DNA of 31,586 nucleotides from a virus (lineage: Duplodnaviria; Caudoviricetes): the IMG/VR virus record IMGVR_UViG_3300014160_000011, positions 1 to 31,586 of that record; one strand, given 5' to 3'. The notes under the pieces are model-generated. The model did not search any database and was not told where the DNA came from. It saw only the letters and a program-made list of their open reading frames with translations. Positions 1 to 9,313 of the stretch are shown here, in pieces (the first letter of the stretch is position 1; each line of letters opens with the position of its first letter). A program made the position numbers and the translations under genes.

Positions 1-59
1 GGGGAAAACCATATTGGCGGTTCCGACGAAATGGTCGGTCCCTGCCTAACCGAAGAACC

Positions 60-3000
60 ATGAAGCGATTCCTGTTACTGCTGGCGGCGCTCCCGCTGTT
101 CTCCGCGACCACCACGGTGACTCAATCCGTCGTTGGTCCGGACGGAAACCCGGCCGGCGGTCAGGCGCTCATCCGGATATCCGCGGCTTGCGGCTCCGGG
201 ACTTCGTACGTTGGCGAGCGGACCCTCGCGGTCACGTTCACCGCCGCGACGCCAGCTGGCCAGGCGAATAACTTCTCCGTCTCCCTGATCCCCAACGATG
301 CCGGCGGCTGCGCTGGGACCAGTTACTCCGTAAGCTGGACGATCACCAGTGGAAGGACCTGGAGCGAGACGTGGGTCGTGCCCACCAGCGCGACGCCGCT
401 GCTGGTGAGTTCCGTCGTGGTCACGAATCCCGTCCTGCCCACCTGGTTGGTGCAGTGGCAGCAGGTCGCGCAGAACGGCGCCACCATAGGCGAGTGCCCG
501 GTCTGGTCCGGCACGTCCTGGATACCCGCTCCTTGCGCCTCCGCGGCGACGATGATCTGGCCGACGGCGCCCGGCATCGCGGTCTATGGCGGCAGCAGCA
601 GCGCGTGGGGGACGTCCATCTCTCCCGGCACGAGTGACCAGTACATGCGGGGCGACTTCACACTGGCGTCCTTCCCGGCCTTCCAGACTCCGCTCACCGC
701 GTACGAGACGATCTCGGCGCTCAGCGGGTACCCATCCGCATTCCCGCCGATTACCTCCGGCGATTGGTCCGGAACCTGGCAGAGCTTCGCGCCGAGCCAT
801 TTTCAAGCGGCCATCTCCGGCGCGCCGGGAAGCTGGCCGGCGACCTGGGCTTGGGCTTCGCTGTCGGGCGTGCCGGCAACCTTCCCGCCGACGAACACGG
901 GCGATTGGGCGGGCACCTGGCAGTCGCATTCGCCCTCTTACTTCCAAACTCTCATCTCCGGCGCGCCCGGAACCTGGCCGACCACGTGGCCATGGGGTTC
1001 GCTCTCTGGCGTTCCCGCCCTCACCAATACGGTGTTCGGCCGCAGCGGGACAGTGGCGGCGACGTCGGGCGATTACAACACGGGCCAGGTCACCGAGGGT
1101 TCGAATCTCTATTTCACCAACGCGCGGGCGGTGGCCGCGCTGAACGGCCTGTACCAGACGCCGATTACGACTGGCACGACGGCGCAGTATCTGCGGGGCG
1201 ATCTAAGCCTGGCCACGTTTCCGACCAGTCTCTCCGCGTTCAGCAATGGCCCTGGCTATCTCACAGCCAACCAGTCGATCACCTTATCGAGTGACTGTTC
1301 GGGAACGGGCGCGACGTCCATCGCCGCGATCTGTACCAAGAGTAACGGCGTCGCCTTTGGCAGCGCGGCATTCCAAAACACCGCGGCTTTCCAAGCGCCG
1401 ATCTCCGGTGCGCCGGGCGCGTGGCCATCCTTTGGCGCATTGGCGCTCGCCGGCTATCCCGCCGCCGGCCTGGTGAAATCGACGGGATCCGCGTGGACGG
1501 CGGCCACCTACTCCGATGTCTCTGCGCTAGCCGGCTACCCTGCGACCTTCCCACCCACAACCTCTGGCGATTGGACCGGAACCTGGCAAACCTTCTCGCC
1601 CTCCTATTTCCAGACCGCCATCTCGGGGGCGCCGGGAACCTGGCCGACGCTGGGGACGGCATCGAGTCACGCCGCCACGGATTTTCAGGCGGCGCTCGCC
1701 AACTACTCGACCATCTCCGCTCTGACCGGTTACCCCGCGACCTTCCCGCCAACGACCTCCGGAAACTGGTCCGGGACGTGGCAGGGCAACGCGCCCGCCG
1801 CTTTCCAGACGGCGATCTCCGGCGCGCCCGGAACTTGGCCCACAACCTTTCCGCCGGTCACGAGCGGAAACTGGACGGGCACTTGGCAGGGCTACGCGCC
1901 GAGCGCCTTCGAACCGGCCCTCGGCAATCCAAGCGTTAGCGGATACCTGCTCTCCTCAACCGCGGCTGGAGTGCGGTCTTGGATTGCCGTCGGCGGCGCG
2001 ATGTCCTGGCCGGCAGGCTCGGGCATCCCCGTGGTGGTCAGCGGAGCATCGTGGGGGACCACAGTGGCCGCGCCGGCTGGCGCCATCGTCGGGACGACCG
2101 ACACCCAGGCGCTCACGAATAAGACCCTCGATGGCGTGACAGCCGCCACGATGGGGTATCTTGATGCGACGTCGAGCATCCAGACGCAGTTGAACGGGAA
2201 GCAAGCCACCATCGCAGCAGGGACCACCGCTCAATACCTGCGCGGCGACTTCTCGCTCGCGACGTTCCCCACCAGCCTCTCCGCTTTCACGAACGGGCCG
2301 GGCTACCTGACGGCCAACCAGACCATCACGGCCGGGAGCGATTGCTCGGGGTCCGGTACGACGTCGCTAGAGTTGATCTGCACCAAGAGCAACGGCGTGG
2401 CGTTCGGTACCGCCGCCTTCCAGAACACCTCCGCGTTCCAGGCTCCAATCGCGGGCGCGCCGGGAAGCTGGCCTTCGTTTGGGGCGCTCGCGCTCGCAGC
2501 ATACCCTTCGGCTGGCCTGGTCAAATCGAGCGGCTCGGCATGGACCGCGCCCGCGTATTCGGACGTCGCTGCGCTGACCGGCTACCCTACGAGCTTCACC
2601 CCATCGGCGCACGCGGCGACGCATGCGGCCGCGGGGTCGGACCCGCTCAGCCTGAGCGCGTCGCAGATCGGCAGCGGCTACCCGTATGCATCGCTGTCGG
2701 GCGCGCCCTCCATTCCAACCGCCTCGAGCGCGACGCCCGTCATGGATGGCGTCGGCGCTGCCGGATCTTCGGCTAACTTCGCGCGCGCCGATCACGTGCA
2801 CCCAAGCGACACAAGCAGGGAGCCGGCGCTTGGCAATCCATTGATCACCGGGTACTTGCTCTCTTCCACATCGGCTGGTGTGCGCTCCTGGGTTGTGCCG
2901 CCCGCAGCTATGGCGTATCCATCGGGGTCTGGCATCGCCATCGTGACTGCCGGCGCGTGGGGCACGACCGTGGCCGCGCCGGCAGGGGCCGTGGTGGGGA

Positions 3001-4667
3001 CCACCGACACGCAGACGCTTACCAACAAGACCCTGGATGGCGTGACGCCCACGATCATGGGGTATCTGGACGCCACGTCGTCGATTCAGACGCAGATCAA
3101 CGGCAAGCAGGCCTCTGGCAGCTATGTGACGGTTGGCGGCACGCTGGGCACGCCATCGAGCGGAACGCTAACGAACGCTACGGGGCTGCCGCTCTCCACG
3201 GGCGTGACGGGCACGCTCCCGCTCGCCGATGGCGGCTGCAACACATCGCTTGCTGCGACTGGCCCAGGCTTCCTGCAGCAAGCATCGAGCGGTGCTAACT
3301 GCACGGTGGCCGCTTTGACCTCCGGCCAGGTCACCACAGCGCTCGGACTAACGCCCTTCGCCAACCCCATGACGACGCTGGGGGACCTGCTCTACGGTGG
3401 CGCGTCGGGCGCCGCTACGCGATTGGGCGGCAACACGGCTGCCACGGACCAGGTCCTGGTAAGCCACGGGTCCGGCGCTGCGGCGGCCGCGCCCACGCTC
3501 AGCAACGCGCCCGCGTTGAGCATGGCGAGTATGACCGGGCTTACGGCCGCTCAGGTCCCGGCCGCGCTTTCATCCACCACGAGCGTCAACGGAACCACCG
3601 TCCCGTCCTCGTCCACGTTGCTGGTATCGGGCGGCGCGCTGGGCACGCCCTCCGGCGGCAGCATGGCCAACCTGACCGGTTTGACGGCCGCACAGGTTCC
3701 CGCCGCGCTCTCGGCGACCACCAGCGTCAACGGCACTTCGATTCCTTCTTCGTCCACGCTGATGACCACCGGCACCTCCCTGGTTGCCGGGCAGGAGCCA
3801 GCGCACACGGGCGATGTCACCAACACCGCCGGTTCGCTGGCGATGACGGTCGGGGCCATCGGCGGCAAGACGGTGTCGCTGGGCGGCAACCTGGCTGTTA
3901 CCGGCGCGTTCAATCCCACCTTCGCCATCCCGTCGTCGTCCACCTGGAGTTTCCCGAGCGGCGGCGGCACGCTGCTGGTGTCCGGCGGCGCACTCGGCAC
4001 CCCGTCCAGTGGATCGATGGCCAACCTCACCGGCTTAACTGCTGGCCAGGTTCCGGCCGCTCTAAGCTCGACCACCAGCGTGAACGGCACGAGCATTCCG
4101 TCCTCTGCCACGCTGCTCACCTCCGGCGGCGCGTTGGGCACGCCCTCGAGCGGATCCATGGCCAACCTGACGGGACTCACCGCCGCCCAGGTTCCGGCGG
4201 CGTTGAGCAGCACGACGAGCGTCAACGGCTCGTCCATCCCGGCATCGTCCACGCTCCTGGTGTCGGGCGGCGCGCTCGGTACGCCCTCGAGCGGCAGCAT
4301 GGCGAATCTCACCGGCCTCACCGCCGCGCAGATCCCCGCCGCGCTGCATATCGTGAACAGCGGATCTATCACCGGATTGACGGGCGCGGCGGGCTATATC
4401 ACCTGCACCAGCACCTGCTCGGTTCCGATTCCAGCGCCGGTGGTTGGATCGCAGTGGTGCGTGCGCAACGCGCCCGGCGCGTCGACCGTGATTACGCTGA
4501 ACGCGCTCGGCAGCGGGGATTACTACGAGTTGACGGCGCACACCGGCTGGGGCACCGCCAATCACACGCTGGCGTCGGGCGGCGCAATCGGCGATCAGAT
4601 CTGCCTGGTCGGATACGACACCGCCCATTACGAGGTGTTCAGCTCGAGCGGAACATGGACGGATTGA
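60..4667 (+). CDS. Large Gly/Ser/Thr/Ala-rich tail-fibre-like or adhesin-like repeat protein with N-terminal signal peptide (1535 aa)
   Basis: [17 protein letters not shown]-terminus; fibre-type motifs [68 protein letters not shown]; several internal repeat families. Confidence 0.75.
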   Translation: MKRFLLLLAALPLFSATTTVTQSVVGPDGNPAGGQALIRISAACGSGTSYVGERTLAVTFTAATPAGQANNFSVSLIPNDAGGCAGTSYSVSWTITSGRTWSETWVVPTSATPLLVSSVVVTNPVLPTWLVQWQQVAQNGATIGECPVWSGTSWIPAPCASAATMIWPTAPGIAVYGGSSSAWGTSISPGTSDQYMRGDFTLASFPAFQTPLTAYETISALSGYPSAFPPITSGDWSGTWQSFAPSHFQAAISGAPGSWPATWAWASLSGVPATFPPTNTGDWAGTWQSHSPSYFQTLISGAPGTWPTTWPWGSLSGVPALTNTVFGRSGTVAATSGDYNTGQVTEGSNLYFTNARAVAALNGLYQTPITTGTTAQYLRGDLSLATFPTSLSAFSNGPGYLTANQSITLSSDCSGTGATSIAAICTKSNGVAFGSAAFQNTAAFQAPISGAPGAWPSFGALALAGYPAAGLVKSTGSAWTAATYSDVSALAGYPATFPPTTSGDWTGTWQTFSPSYFQTAISGAPGTWPTLGTASSHAATDFQAALANYSTISALTGYPATFPPTTSGNWSGTWQGNAPAAFQTAISGAPGTWPTTFPPVTSGNWTGTWQGYAPSAFEPALGNPSVSGYLLSSTAAGVRSWIAVGGAMSWPAGSGIPVVVSGASWGTTVAAPAGAIVGTTDTQALTNKTLDGVTAATMGYLDATSSIQTQLNGKQATIAAGTTAQYLRGDFSLATFPTSLSAFTNGPGYLTANQTITAGSDCSGSGTTSLELICTKSNGVAFGTAAFQNTSAFQAPIAGAPGSWPSFGALALAAYPSAGLVKSSGSAWTAPAYSDVAALTGYPTSFTPSAHAATHAAAGSDPLSLSASQIGSGYPYASLSGAPSIPTASSATPVMDGVGAAGSSANFARADHVHPSDTSREPALGNPLITGYLLSSTSAGVRSWVVPPAAMAYPSGSGIAIVTAGAWGTTVAAPAGAVVGTTDTQTLTNKTLDGVTPTIMGYLDATSSIQTQINGKQASGSYVTVGGTLGTPSSGTLTNATGLPLSTGVTGTLPLADGGCNTSLAATGPGFLQQASSGANCTVAALTSGQVTTALGLTPFANPMTTLGDLLYGGASGAATRLGGNTAATDQVLVSHGSGAAAAAPTLSNAPALSMASMTGLTAAQVPAALSSTTSVNGTTVPSSSTLLVSGGALGTPSGGSMANLTGLTAAQVPAALSATTSVNGTSIPSSSTLMTTGTSLVAGQEPAHTGDVTNTAGSLAMTVGAIGGKTVSLGGNLAVTGAFNPTFAIPSSSTWSFPSGGGTLLVSGGALGTPSSGSMANLTGLTAGQVPAALSSTTSVNGTSIPSSATLLTSGGALGTPSSGSMANLTGLTAAQVPAALSSTTSVNGSSIPASSTLLVSGGALGTPSSGSMANLTGLTAAQIPAALHIVNSGSITGLTGAAGYITCTSTCSVPIPAPVVGSQWCVRNAPGASTVITLNALGSGDYYELTAHTGWGTANHTLASGGAIGDQICLVGYDTAHYEVFSSSGTWTD
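741..1910 (+). repeat. Five dispersed Trp-rich coding repeats FPPxxxG(D/N)WxGTWQxxxPxxF(QxxISGAPGxWP)
   Basis: Copies start at about 741, 882, 1548, 1743 and 1848. Confidence 0.85.
1170..3113 (+). repeat. Two interleaved block duplications inside the fibre-like gene (about 1170-1540 vs 2220-2590; about 1911-2206 vs 2820-3113)
   Basis: [10 protein letters not shown]...YSDVxALxGYP and EPALGNP...QTQxNGKQA each occur twice, with mainly synonymous divergence. Confidence 0.85.
3519..4347 (+). repeat. Five copies of a 141 bp (47 aa) coding repeat [47 protein letters not shown], arranged 2+3
   Basis: Met codons of the unit at 3522, 3663, 4017, 4158 and 4299 (141 bp period within each group); last copy partial. 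Confidence 0.9.
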
Positions 4668-4673
4668 AAACCC

Positions 4674-5285
4674 ATGAAAACGATCCTTGCAATTTTACTT
4701 CTGGCCGTCGCGGCGGCCGCGCAAAATAACGTGGTGTACACCTGGACCGTCCAGGCCAGCCCCACCGACACGCCGGCCAGCATGAACGTGACGCAGGACG
4801 CCGCCACCGCTGGCCCCAACGAGCTTTTCCAGACTCTTGGCGTTGCGGCGCCGACGACGGTGACCGCAGCAGAGACCGCTACGGCGACCACTTTGCCCTT
4901 GGCGAACATCACCGGCATCGTGCCGGGCAACGGCATCTGCATCGCGACGACAGTGGTCCCTTGCGCGATCACTATGTCCCCGAGCATGGTGCTCTCCCCC
5001 GGCGAGGTCGCCCTCGTCACTGCAGTAACTCCAGGGACGGCGCCGGCTGGCACTGTCACCGTGAAGAGAGGGGCCATCGGCACGGCGGCGGCGATCACTC
5101 TGAGCCAGCCGGTGTCGATCCTCCGGTCGGGCAGTTACAGCGAATACGCGGCCAACATCCTGCGCGACCATTACGCTTTGACGATTGCGAATCCCGCCTT
5201 TGGCTCGGCCTCAGCCATCGCTGCGGCGGTGGCCATCGCGGCCGCCCAGGCAGCGTTGAACGGCAACGCGGCGCTTCCTCACTAG
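4674..5285 (+). CDS. Hypothetical secreted protein (203 aa)
   Basis: MKTILAILLLAVAAAA-QN signal-peptide pattern; starts 6 nt after upstream stop. Confidence 0.8.
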   Translation: MKTILAILLLAVAAAAQNNVVYTWTVQASPTDTPASMNVTQDAATAGPNELFQTLGVAAPTTVTAAETATATTLPLANITGIVPGNGICIATTVVPCAITMSPSMVLSPGEVALVTAVTPGTAPAGTVTVKRGAIGTAAAITLSQPVSILRSGSYSEYAANILRDHYALTIANPAFGSASAIAAAVAIAAAQAALNGNAALPH

Positions 5286-5288
5286 AGC

Positions 5289-6050
5289 GTGAAACGTCTC
5301 TCGATCTGCGTCGCAATCTACCTGTTGATCGTGCTCTGCCCCGGCTCGCGGGTGGTGCATTCGCAACTGCTGAAGGGCATCGTCGGTGCTGGCGGGTGCG
5401 TCCATGGTTCGGTAACATATACTTCCCCGGGGACCGGCACTTGGAGCGTTCCGCCTGGCTGCACCGGGATAATCACTGTCGAAGCGTGGGGCGCTGGGGG
5501 CGGCGCTTCCAACACTTCGGGCGGTTATTCGAGCGGCGGCGGAGGCGGCGGGACTTACGCGAAGTCTTTGGAAACGATCCCGCCGGGAACGGTTCTTACC
5601 TACACCGTCGGCGCGGGCGGCAACTTTGCTTCTGACGACCCAGGCGCCAGTGGAGGAACGAGCGGCGTTACGGACACCATCAGCCCATACAGCGTCGCGG
5701 AGGCCTACGGAGGAACCGGCGCGTACGACAACTACGAAACCCCATGGGGAGGGACTTCCTCAACTCTAAATAACATTACCCGCGGGGGAGGAGTTACCTA
5801 CGTCGGGGGCGCGGGTGGAAACTCTTTCGGCGGGTTATACGGCGGCGGCGGGGGCGGCGGCGCAACTTCGTCTGGCGCGGGCACGGCTGGCGGCGATGAC
5901 GGCGGCGGGGGCGGCTCCTACGGGGGCGGCTCGGGAGGCACGGGCTTCTCGGCGGGCATCGCTCTATCCCCAGGCGGGGGCGCTGGCGGAAACAGCGCTA
6001 CCGGCACCGCCTATACCGCCGGCAACGGTCAGGTGCGAATCACCTGGTGA
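5289..6050 (+). CDS. Glycine-rich domain protein of the type found in tail fibres, with probable signal peptide (253 aa)
   Basis: TYTSPGTGTWSVPPGCTGIITVEAWGAGGG...GGGGGTYAK...YTVGAGG...GNGQVRITW pattern; GTG start 3 nt after upstream stop. Confidence 0.8.
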   Translation: MKRLSICVAIYLLIVLCPGSRVVHSQLLKGIVGAGGCVHGSVTYTSPGTGTWSVPPGCTGIITVEAWGAGGGASNTSGGYSSGGGGGGTYAKSLETIPPGTVLTYTVGAGGNFASDDPGASGGTSGVTDTISPYSVAEAYGGTGAYDNYETPWGGTSSTLNNITRGGGVTYVGGAGGNSFGGLYGGGGGGGATSSGAGTAGGDDGGGGGSYGGGSGGTGFSAGIALSPGGGAGGNSATGTAYTAGNGQVRITW

Positions 6051-6052
6051 CG

Positions 6053-6083
6053 AAAAAAGCCGCCAACCTCGCGGCTGGCGGCT
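6053..6083 (-). terminator. Rho-independent terminator closing the minus-strand gene array
   Basis: Minus strand reads AGCCGCCAGCC-GCGA-GGTTGGCGGCT-TTTTT: long stem, GNRA loop and U tract, about 22 nt after the stop at 6106. Confidence 0.85.
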
Positions 6084-6105
6084 CGGCAAATCCGATGCTC
6101 AATCC

Positions 6106-6753
6106 TTACTCGGTGGTGGTGCGGTACGCGTGCTCGCCGTTAGCGCGCTTGAAGGACTCGGTGGCGATGCCGGCCTTCTTGAGCGTGCCGGCGATGAATC
6201 CGCGGACCGTGTGCGGCTGCCAGCCCATGGCTTCCTGCAGCTCCGGGTTGCTCGCGCCGTTCTTCCGGCTGAGCATCTTGATCGCCTGCGCCTTCTTGGT
6301 GCCCTCGCGCGGAGCCTTCGGCTCGGCGGCGGGTTCGGCGGCCTTGGCCGGCTTGGCGGCTGCGGCCGCCTTGGGGGCCTTCTTGCCGGCGGTGGCCTTG
6401 GTGGTCGGCTCCGGCTCGGCGGGCGCGTCAAACGGCGTCTCTGGCGCGGGGGTGGCCTCCGTGGCGGCTGCGCCGTTGGTGGGAGCCAGCGTCTGGATCG
6501 CGGCCCAGATGCGCGCGGTGGCCTTGGCGCGGTTTTCAAACTTCTTGACCGGCTTGAGCTTGTCGAAGCCAGGCGTGCCGGCGAGATCGTTCCAGATATC
6601 TACGAAGCGGCTGATGGGCCACTCCGCGGTGACCTTGCCAAACTCCTTCTCGCTGGCGAAGGCCTGCGCGCCGGCGCCAATGGAAGCTTCGGCGTGGTCC
6701 GGGGTCGGGAAAGCTGCGATTGCGTTGTCGGTGTTGATCGTAAAAGTCGTCAT
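6106..6753 (-). CDS. DUF3489 domain-containing protein (215 aa)
   Basis: C-terminal PREGTKKAQAIKMLSRKNGAS..EL..AMGWQPHTVRGFIAG motif; Ala/Lys/Pro linker; AAGGAG RBS; this family is commonly found antisense near phage methylase/terminase genes. Confidence 0.88.
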   Translation of the reverse strand: MTTFTINTDNAIAAFPTPDHAEASIGAGAQAFASEKEFGKVTAEWPISRFVDIWNDLAGTPGFDKLKPVKKFENRAKATARIWAAIQTLAPTNGAAATEATPAPETPFDAPAEPEPTTKATAGKKAPKAAAAAKPAKAAEPAAEPKAPREGTKKAQAIKMLSRKNGASNPELQEAMGWQPHTVRGFIAGTLKKAGIATESFKRANGEHAYRTTTE

Positions 6754-6778
6754 TGTCGTTGCTCCTTGTTCGAGTAAT

Positions 6779-7078
6779 CTACTTGCGGCGGCCGTCGATG
6801 GCCACCGGGATCTTCAGAAATCGTCCATCTACTCCGCGCGCCCATACTACGAAGCGGTCGCGCGGCATCATGCCCTGGCCGGTGCGGTGCATCCGGTCGG
6901 CAGCCAGTTCCTGCGCCTCGTTGACGCTGCACACGCCGCCGATGGGTTCGTATCCGCCGGCCTGCAATTCCAGGATCAGCATCCCGTCGCCCCGGAGGTC
7001 GGTGTCTGGTCCGATCTCGATTGCGAATCCGTGCCAGGCTTTCCAGGCGTTCTTCTTGGTGCTCTTGGTGGCTGCCAT
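6779..7078 (-). CDS. Hypothetical protein (99 aa), paralog of 7235..7594
   Basis: Start reassigned to ATG at 7078 behind TAAGGAGA RBS of repeat A1. Confidence 0.8.
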   Translation of the reverse strand: MAATKSTKKNAWKAWHGFAIEIGPDTDLRGDGMLILELQAGGYEPIGGVCSVNEAQELAADRMHRTGQGMMPRDRFVVWARGVDGRFLKIPVAIDGRRK

Positions 7079-7084
7079 GCTTGT

Positions 7085-7176
7085 TCTCCTTACGTCACCA
7101 TTCATCACTCCGCTGGCGGAGACGATCAAGCGGAATCTGCGCCGGTCGCGAAGATAAACCCGATGAAAAGGCGATG
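7085..7176 (-). promoter_or_regulatory. Repeat A copy 1: putative promoter/operator plus RBS module
   Basis: CATCGCCTTTTCATCGGGTTTATCTT...TTG-N21-ATGAATGGTGACGTAAGGAGA-N6-ATG; one of four copies with identical spacing. Confidence 0.8.
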
Positions 7177-7220
7177 CTCCTTCACGTCCGCAAGCCCGCC
7201 GATACCGGGCGGGCGCGGGC
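7177..7220 (-). repeat. Repeat B copy 1: GC hairpin plus GAAGGAG RBS, not followed by a gene
   Basis: + strand CTCCTTCACGTCCGCAAGCCCGCC-GATACCG-GGCGGGCGCGGGC; directly abuts repeat A1. Confidence 0.85.
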
Positions 7221-7234
7221 GGGAGTGCGGGCGG

Positions 7235-7594
7235 CTAGACGTCGATGGCGGGAATGGCGGCGGCGATGCGGTACTCCCCGCCGAGTCCTTGGGCCCAGAC
7301 CTTGTATTCGTAGGGGCAGAACGGCGCGCCGCCATGTTCCAGGTCGTCGCGCCGGCGGCGCATATCGCCGGCAGCGATCTCGCGCGCCTCGTTGATGCTG
7401 CCGACCACCCCTACGGGTTCGGTGTGGCCTTCTTCATCCTCCGCGATCAGCATCGCGAGTCCGAGTGGCGTGTCCCGCCTGATCGCAATCGCGAAGCCAG
7501 GCGTCGCGACGCACGCGGTCAACCCATGAAAGGGCTGGCCGCAGTTGGAGCACCGGTAGTCAGCCGGCTTGGCGTTGCGGCTGCGGCGGGCCAT
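7235..7594 (-). CDS. Hypothetical protein with N-terminal CxxC (119 aa)
   Basis: YRCSNCGQ motif; TAGATG coupling to upstream gene; similar to 6779..7078. Confidence 0.85.
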   Translation of the reverse strand: MARRSRNAKPADYRCSNCGQPFHGLTACVATPGFAIAIRRDTPLGLAMLIAEDEEGHTEPVGVVGSINEAREIAAGDMRRRRDDLEHGGAPFCPYEYKVWAQGLGGEYRIAAAIPAIDV

Positions 7595-7957
7595 CTACTT
7601 GACCCCCGTGGTGCGCGCGCGGAGAATCGCGCCGTCGTTGAGTTTCAATCCTTCGGCGGTCCTGGCTTGCCGCAGGCCATCGAGCCAGGTTCCGACTCCA
7701 AACGACTCGTGCGCCAAGGCGACCGCCTCGGCGCGCGGCAGTTCGCGACGCTCTCCCTGCCGGTCCCAGTAGAACGCCAGCGGCTCCACCTTTTTCCGCA
7801 GGCGCGCCGCGCCGCGGATTCGGACCTCGTGGTTGGTGGCGGTGTTGATGGCGTTCCAACCGCCGTGCTGGCTCTCGTTGATGATCCGGACAGTGGTCAG
7901 CTTGCCGCTTACCTTGGCCACGTACGTCCCGCCGATCTCGATTTCCGCCTTGCGCAT
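7595..7957 (-). CDS. Hypothetical protein, small beta-rich N-terminal domain (120 aa)
   Basis: EIEIGGTYVAKVSGKLTTVRI...HGGWNAINTATNHEVRIRGAARLR resembles a recurring prophage small-protein motif; GGAGG RBS. Confidence 0.85.
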   Translation of the reverse strand: MRKAEIEIGGTYVAKVSGKLTTVRIINESQHGGWNAINTATNHEVRIRGAARLRKKVEPLAFYWDRQGERRELPRAEAVALAHESFGVGTWLDGLRQARTAEGLKLNDGAILRARTTGVK

Positions 7958-8365
7958 CTACTTGACCTCCGGAGTCTCTGGCGCCGGCGCCAGGACGTCG
8001 ACCTTGGTCCGCGCGACCAGCATCTCGCGGATGGCGCTGTCGGCGCGGTCGAGCGAGCTGGAGATGTTGGCGTTGGCCCAGGCCATGTCGTGGCGGATGT
8101 GGTAGAGCACTTGCTCGAGCGTGTTGGTCTCGCGCTGGGCCTCGCGCTCGATCTCGTCGAGCATGCTGTGGAGTCGCGCCAGCGCCTCGTCGATGGCCTC
8201 CCTGGCGTCCCTGGCTTTGTAGTCGCGAATGTAGGTGGCGATCTCGATCTCCCTGGCGCGCTTCTCGCTTTCGGTGGGCGGCGTCTTGGCGGCCTGGGCG
8301 TCGGCGCGCGCGGCCGCGAAGCCTTCATCGGCTGGCGTTGTCTGGTTGCGTTTGGCTCGTTGCAT
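7958..8365 (-). CDS. Hypothetical helical/coiled-coil protein (135 aa)
   Basis: ATG behind the GAAGGAG RBS of repeat B2; charged helical composition. Confidence 0.8.
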   Translation of the reverse strand: MQRAKRNQTTPADEGFAAARADAQAAKTPPTESEKRAREIEIATYIRDYKARDAREAIDEALARLHSMLDEIEREAQRETNTLEQVLYHIRHDMAWANANISSSLDRADSAIREMLVARTKVDVLAPAPETPEVK

Positions 8366-8370
8366 CGTGT

Positions 8371-8414
8371 CTCCTTCACGTCCGCAAGCCCGCCAGTTTC
8401 GGGCGGGCGCGGGC
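8371..8414 (-). repeat. Repeat B copy 2: GC hairpin plus RBS
   Basis: Identical to B1 except the loop (AGTTTCG vs GATACCG). Confidence 0.85.
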
Positions 8415-8431
8415 GGTGCGGGCCGGCTGGT

Positions 8432-8674
8432 CTACCTGGCGTCGGCGACTCTTCGGGTATTGCGCGCTACGTTGGCGTTGACCGTGGCCCAGGCCGCTTC
8501 CGCGCCGGCTTTGTAAGCAGCTTCGAGGGCGGCCTTAATCCGCCAAACCGCCAGGTCGTGGAAGTCGAGTTCGTCGGAGGATCTAGTCTCCATGGTCTCG
8601 ATGTACAGGCTGTCCTTGGCGATCTTCGCCAGCGTGGCGTCCATCCTCTTGGCGGCTTGTTTTGTGCTCTGCAT
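8432..8674 (-). CDS. DUF6900-like small protein (80 aa)
   Basis: LAKIAKDSLYIETMETRSSDELDFHDLAVWRIKAALEAAYKAG matches the IETLETRNSDxLDFHDVxVWxxxxALEAAY family pattern; start set at ATG behind repeat A2 RBS. Confidence 0.8.
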   Translation of the reverse strand: MQSTKQAAKRMDATLAKIAKDSLYIETMETRSSDELDFHDLAVWRIKAALEAAYKAGAEAAWATVNANVARNTRRVADAR

Positions 8675-8680
8675 CGTCCG

Positions 8681-8772
8681 TCTCCTTACATGACCATTCA
8701 TCACTCCGCTTACGAACACGAGCAAGAGAAAAGTGCATCGCTGGCGAAAATAAACCCGATGAAAAGGCGATG
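8681..8772 (-). promoter_or_regulatory. Repeat A copy 2
   Basis: CATCGCCTTTTCATCGGGTTTATTTT...TTG-N21-ATGAATGGTCATGTAAGGAGA-N6-ATG. Confidence 0.8.
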
Positions 8773-8776
8773 GCGC

Positions 8777-8998
8777 CTACTTGGTTGGACCGAGCCAGAT
8801 CTCGCCCACGCGCCAATCAATGCTCGCCGGCAGTTCGGTGAGACGGGAGAAAGCGGCGGCGTATTCCGCGGTCCGGCCGCTCCAGTTGGGATCGGCGAGG
8901 TTGGCGACGCGGATGCGGTCGCCCACCACGGTGGCGGCGTAATCGTTGCTGCGCCTGTCAATGGCGGCGGCCAAACTCTGCAGCTTGCTGGTGGTCAT
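8777..8998 (-). CDS. Hypothetical protein (73 aa)
   Basis: Fills the gap between neighbouring array genes; starts 12 nt after upstream stop. Confidence 0.7.
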   Translation of the reverse strand: MTTSKLQSLAAAIDRRSNDYAATVVGDRIRVANLADPNWSGRTAEYAAAFSRLTELPASIDWRVGEIWLGPTK

Positions 8999-9010
8999 TG
9001 TCTCGCTTTC

Positions 9011-9244
9011 CTACATCGTGTCCAGAAGGCGCATGGCATCCATGAGAGAGGTGCAATCAATAGAGCCGCTCCAATTTGCGCCGTCGACCCACCAGTCGCG
9101 GCTGGTTCCGCCCGCGTGTTTGCCCCCCTCGATCTGGTATTCGACGCCGTGTCGAGTCGCTACCCATCGACTCTTGGAAACGCGGCGCAGCGCCTCTACG
9201 TGATCGAAGAATCTCAGACGCCCGTTTACCTTAATCATCGCCAC
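9011..9244 (-). CDS. Hypothetical protein (77 aa)
   Basis: GTG start behind the RBS of repeat B3; protein-like composition. Confidence 0.78.
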   Translation of the reverse strand: MAMIKVNGRLRFFDHVEALRRVSKSRWVATRHGVEYQIEGGKHAGGTSRDWWVDGANWSGSIDCTSLMDAMRLLDTM

Positions 9245-9252
9245 CTGACTAT

Positions 9253-9297
9253 CTCCTTCACGCCGGCAAGCCCGCCGATACCGGGCGGGCTGCGGGC
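9253..9297 (-). repeat. Repeat B copy 3: GC hairpin plus RBS
   Basis: + strand CTCCTTCACGCCGGCAAGCCCGCC-GATACCG-GGCGGGCTGCGGGC. Confidence 0.85.
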
Positions 9298-9313
9298 GAG
9301 CGCCTCCGGCGTC

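Noticed and set aside
1-49. Possible 3' end of an upstream gene ([15 protein letters not shown]-stop)
   Set aside because: Too short to support a call
60-4667. Diversity-generating retroelement target/template pair among the fibre repeats
   Set aside because: Differences between copies look synonymous rather than adenine-specific, and no reverse transcriptase is in the window
7177-9297. Integron attC sites
   Set aside because: No RYYYAAC...GTTRRRY ends and no integron integrase in the window
7177-9297. Repeat B as intrinsic terminators
   Set aside because: No U tract on either side; two copies lead directly into RBS and start codon
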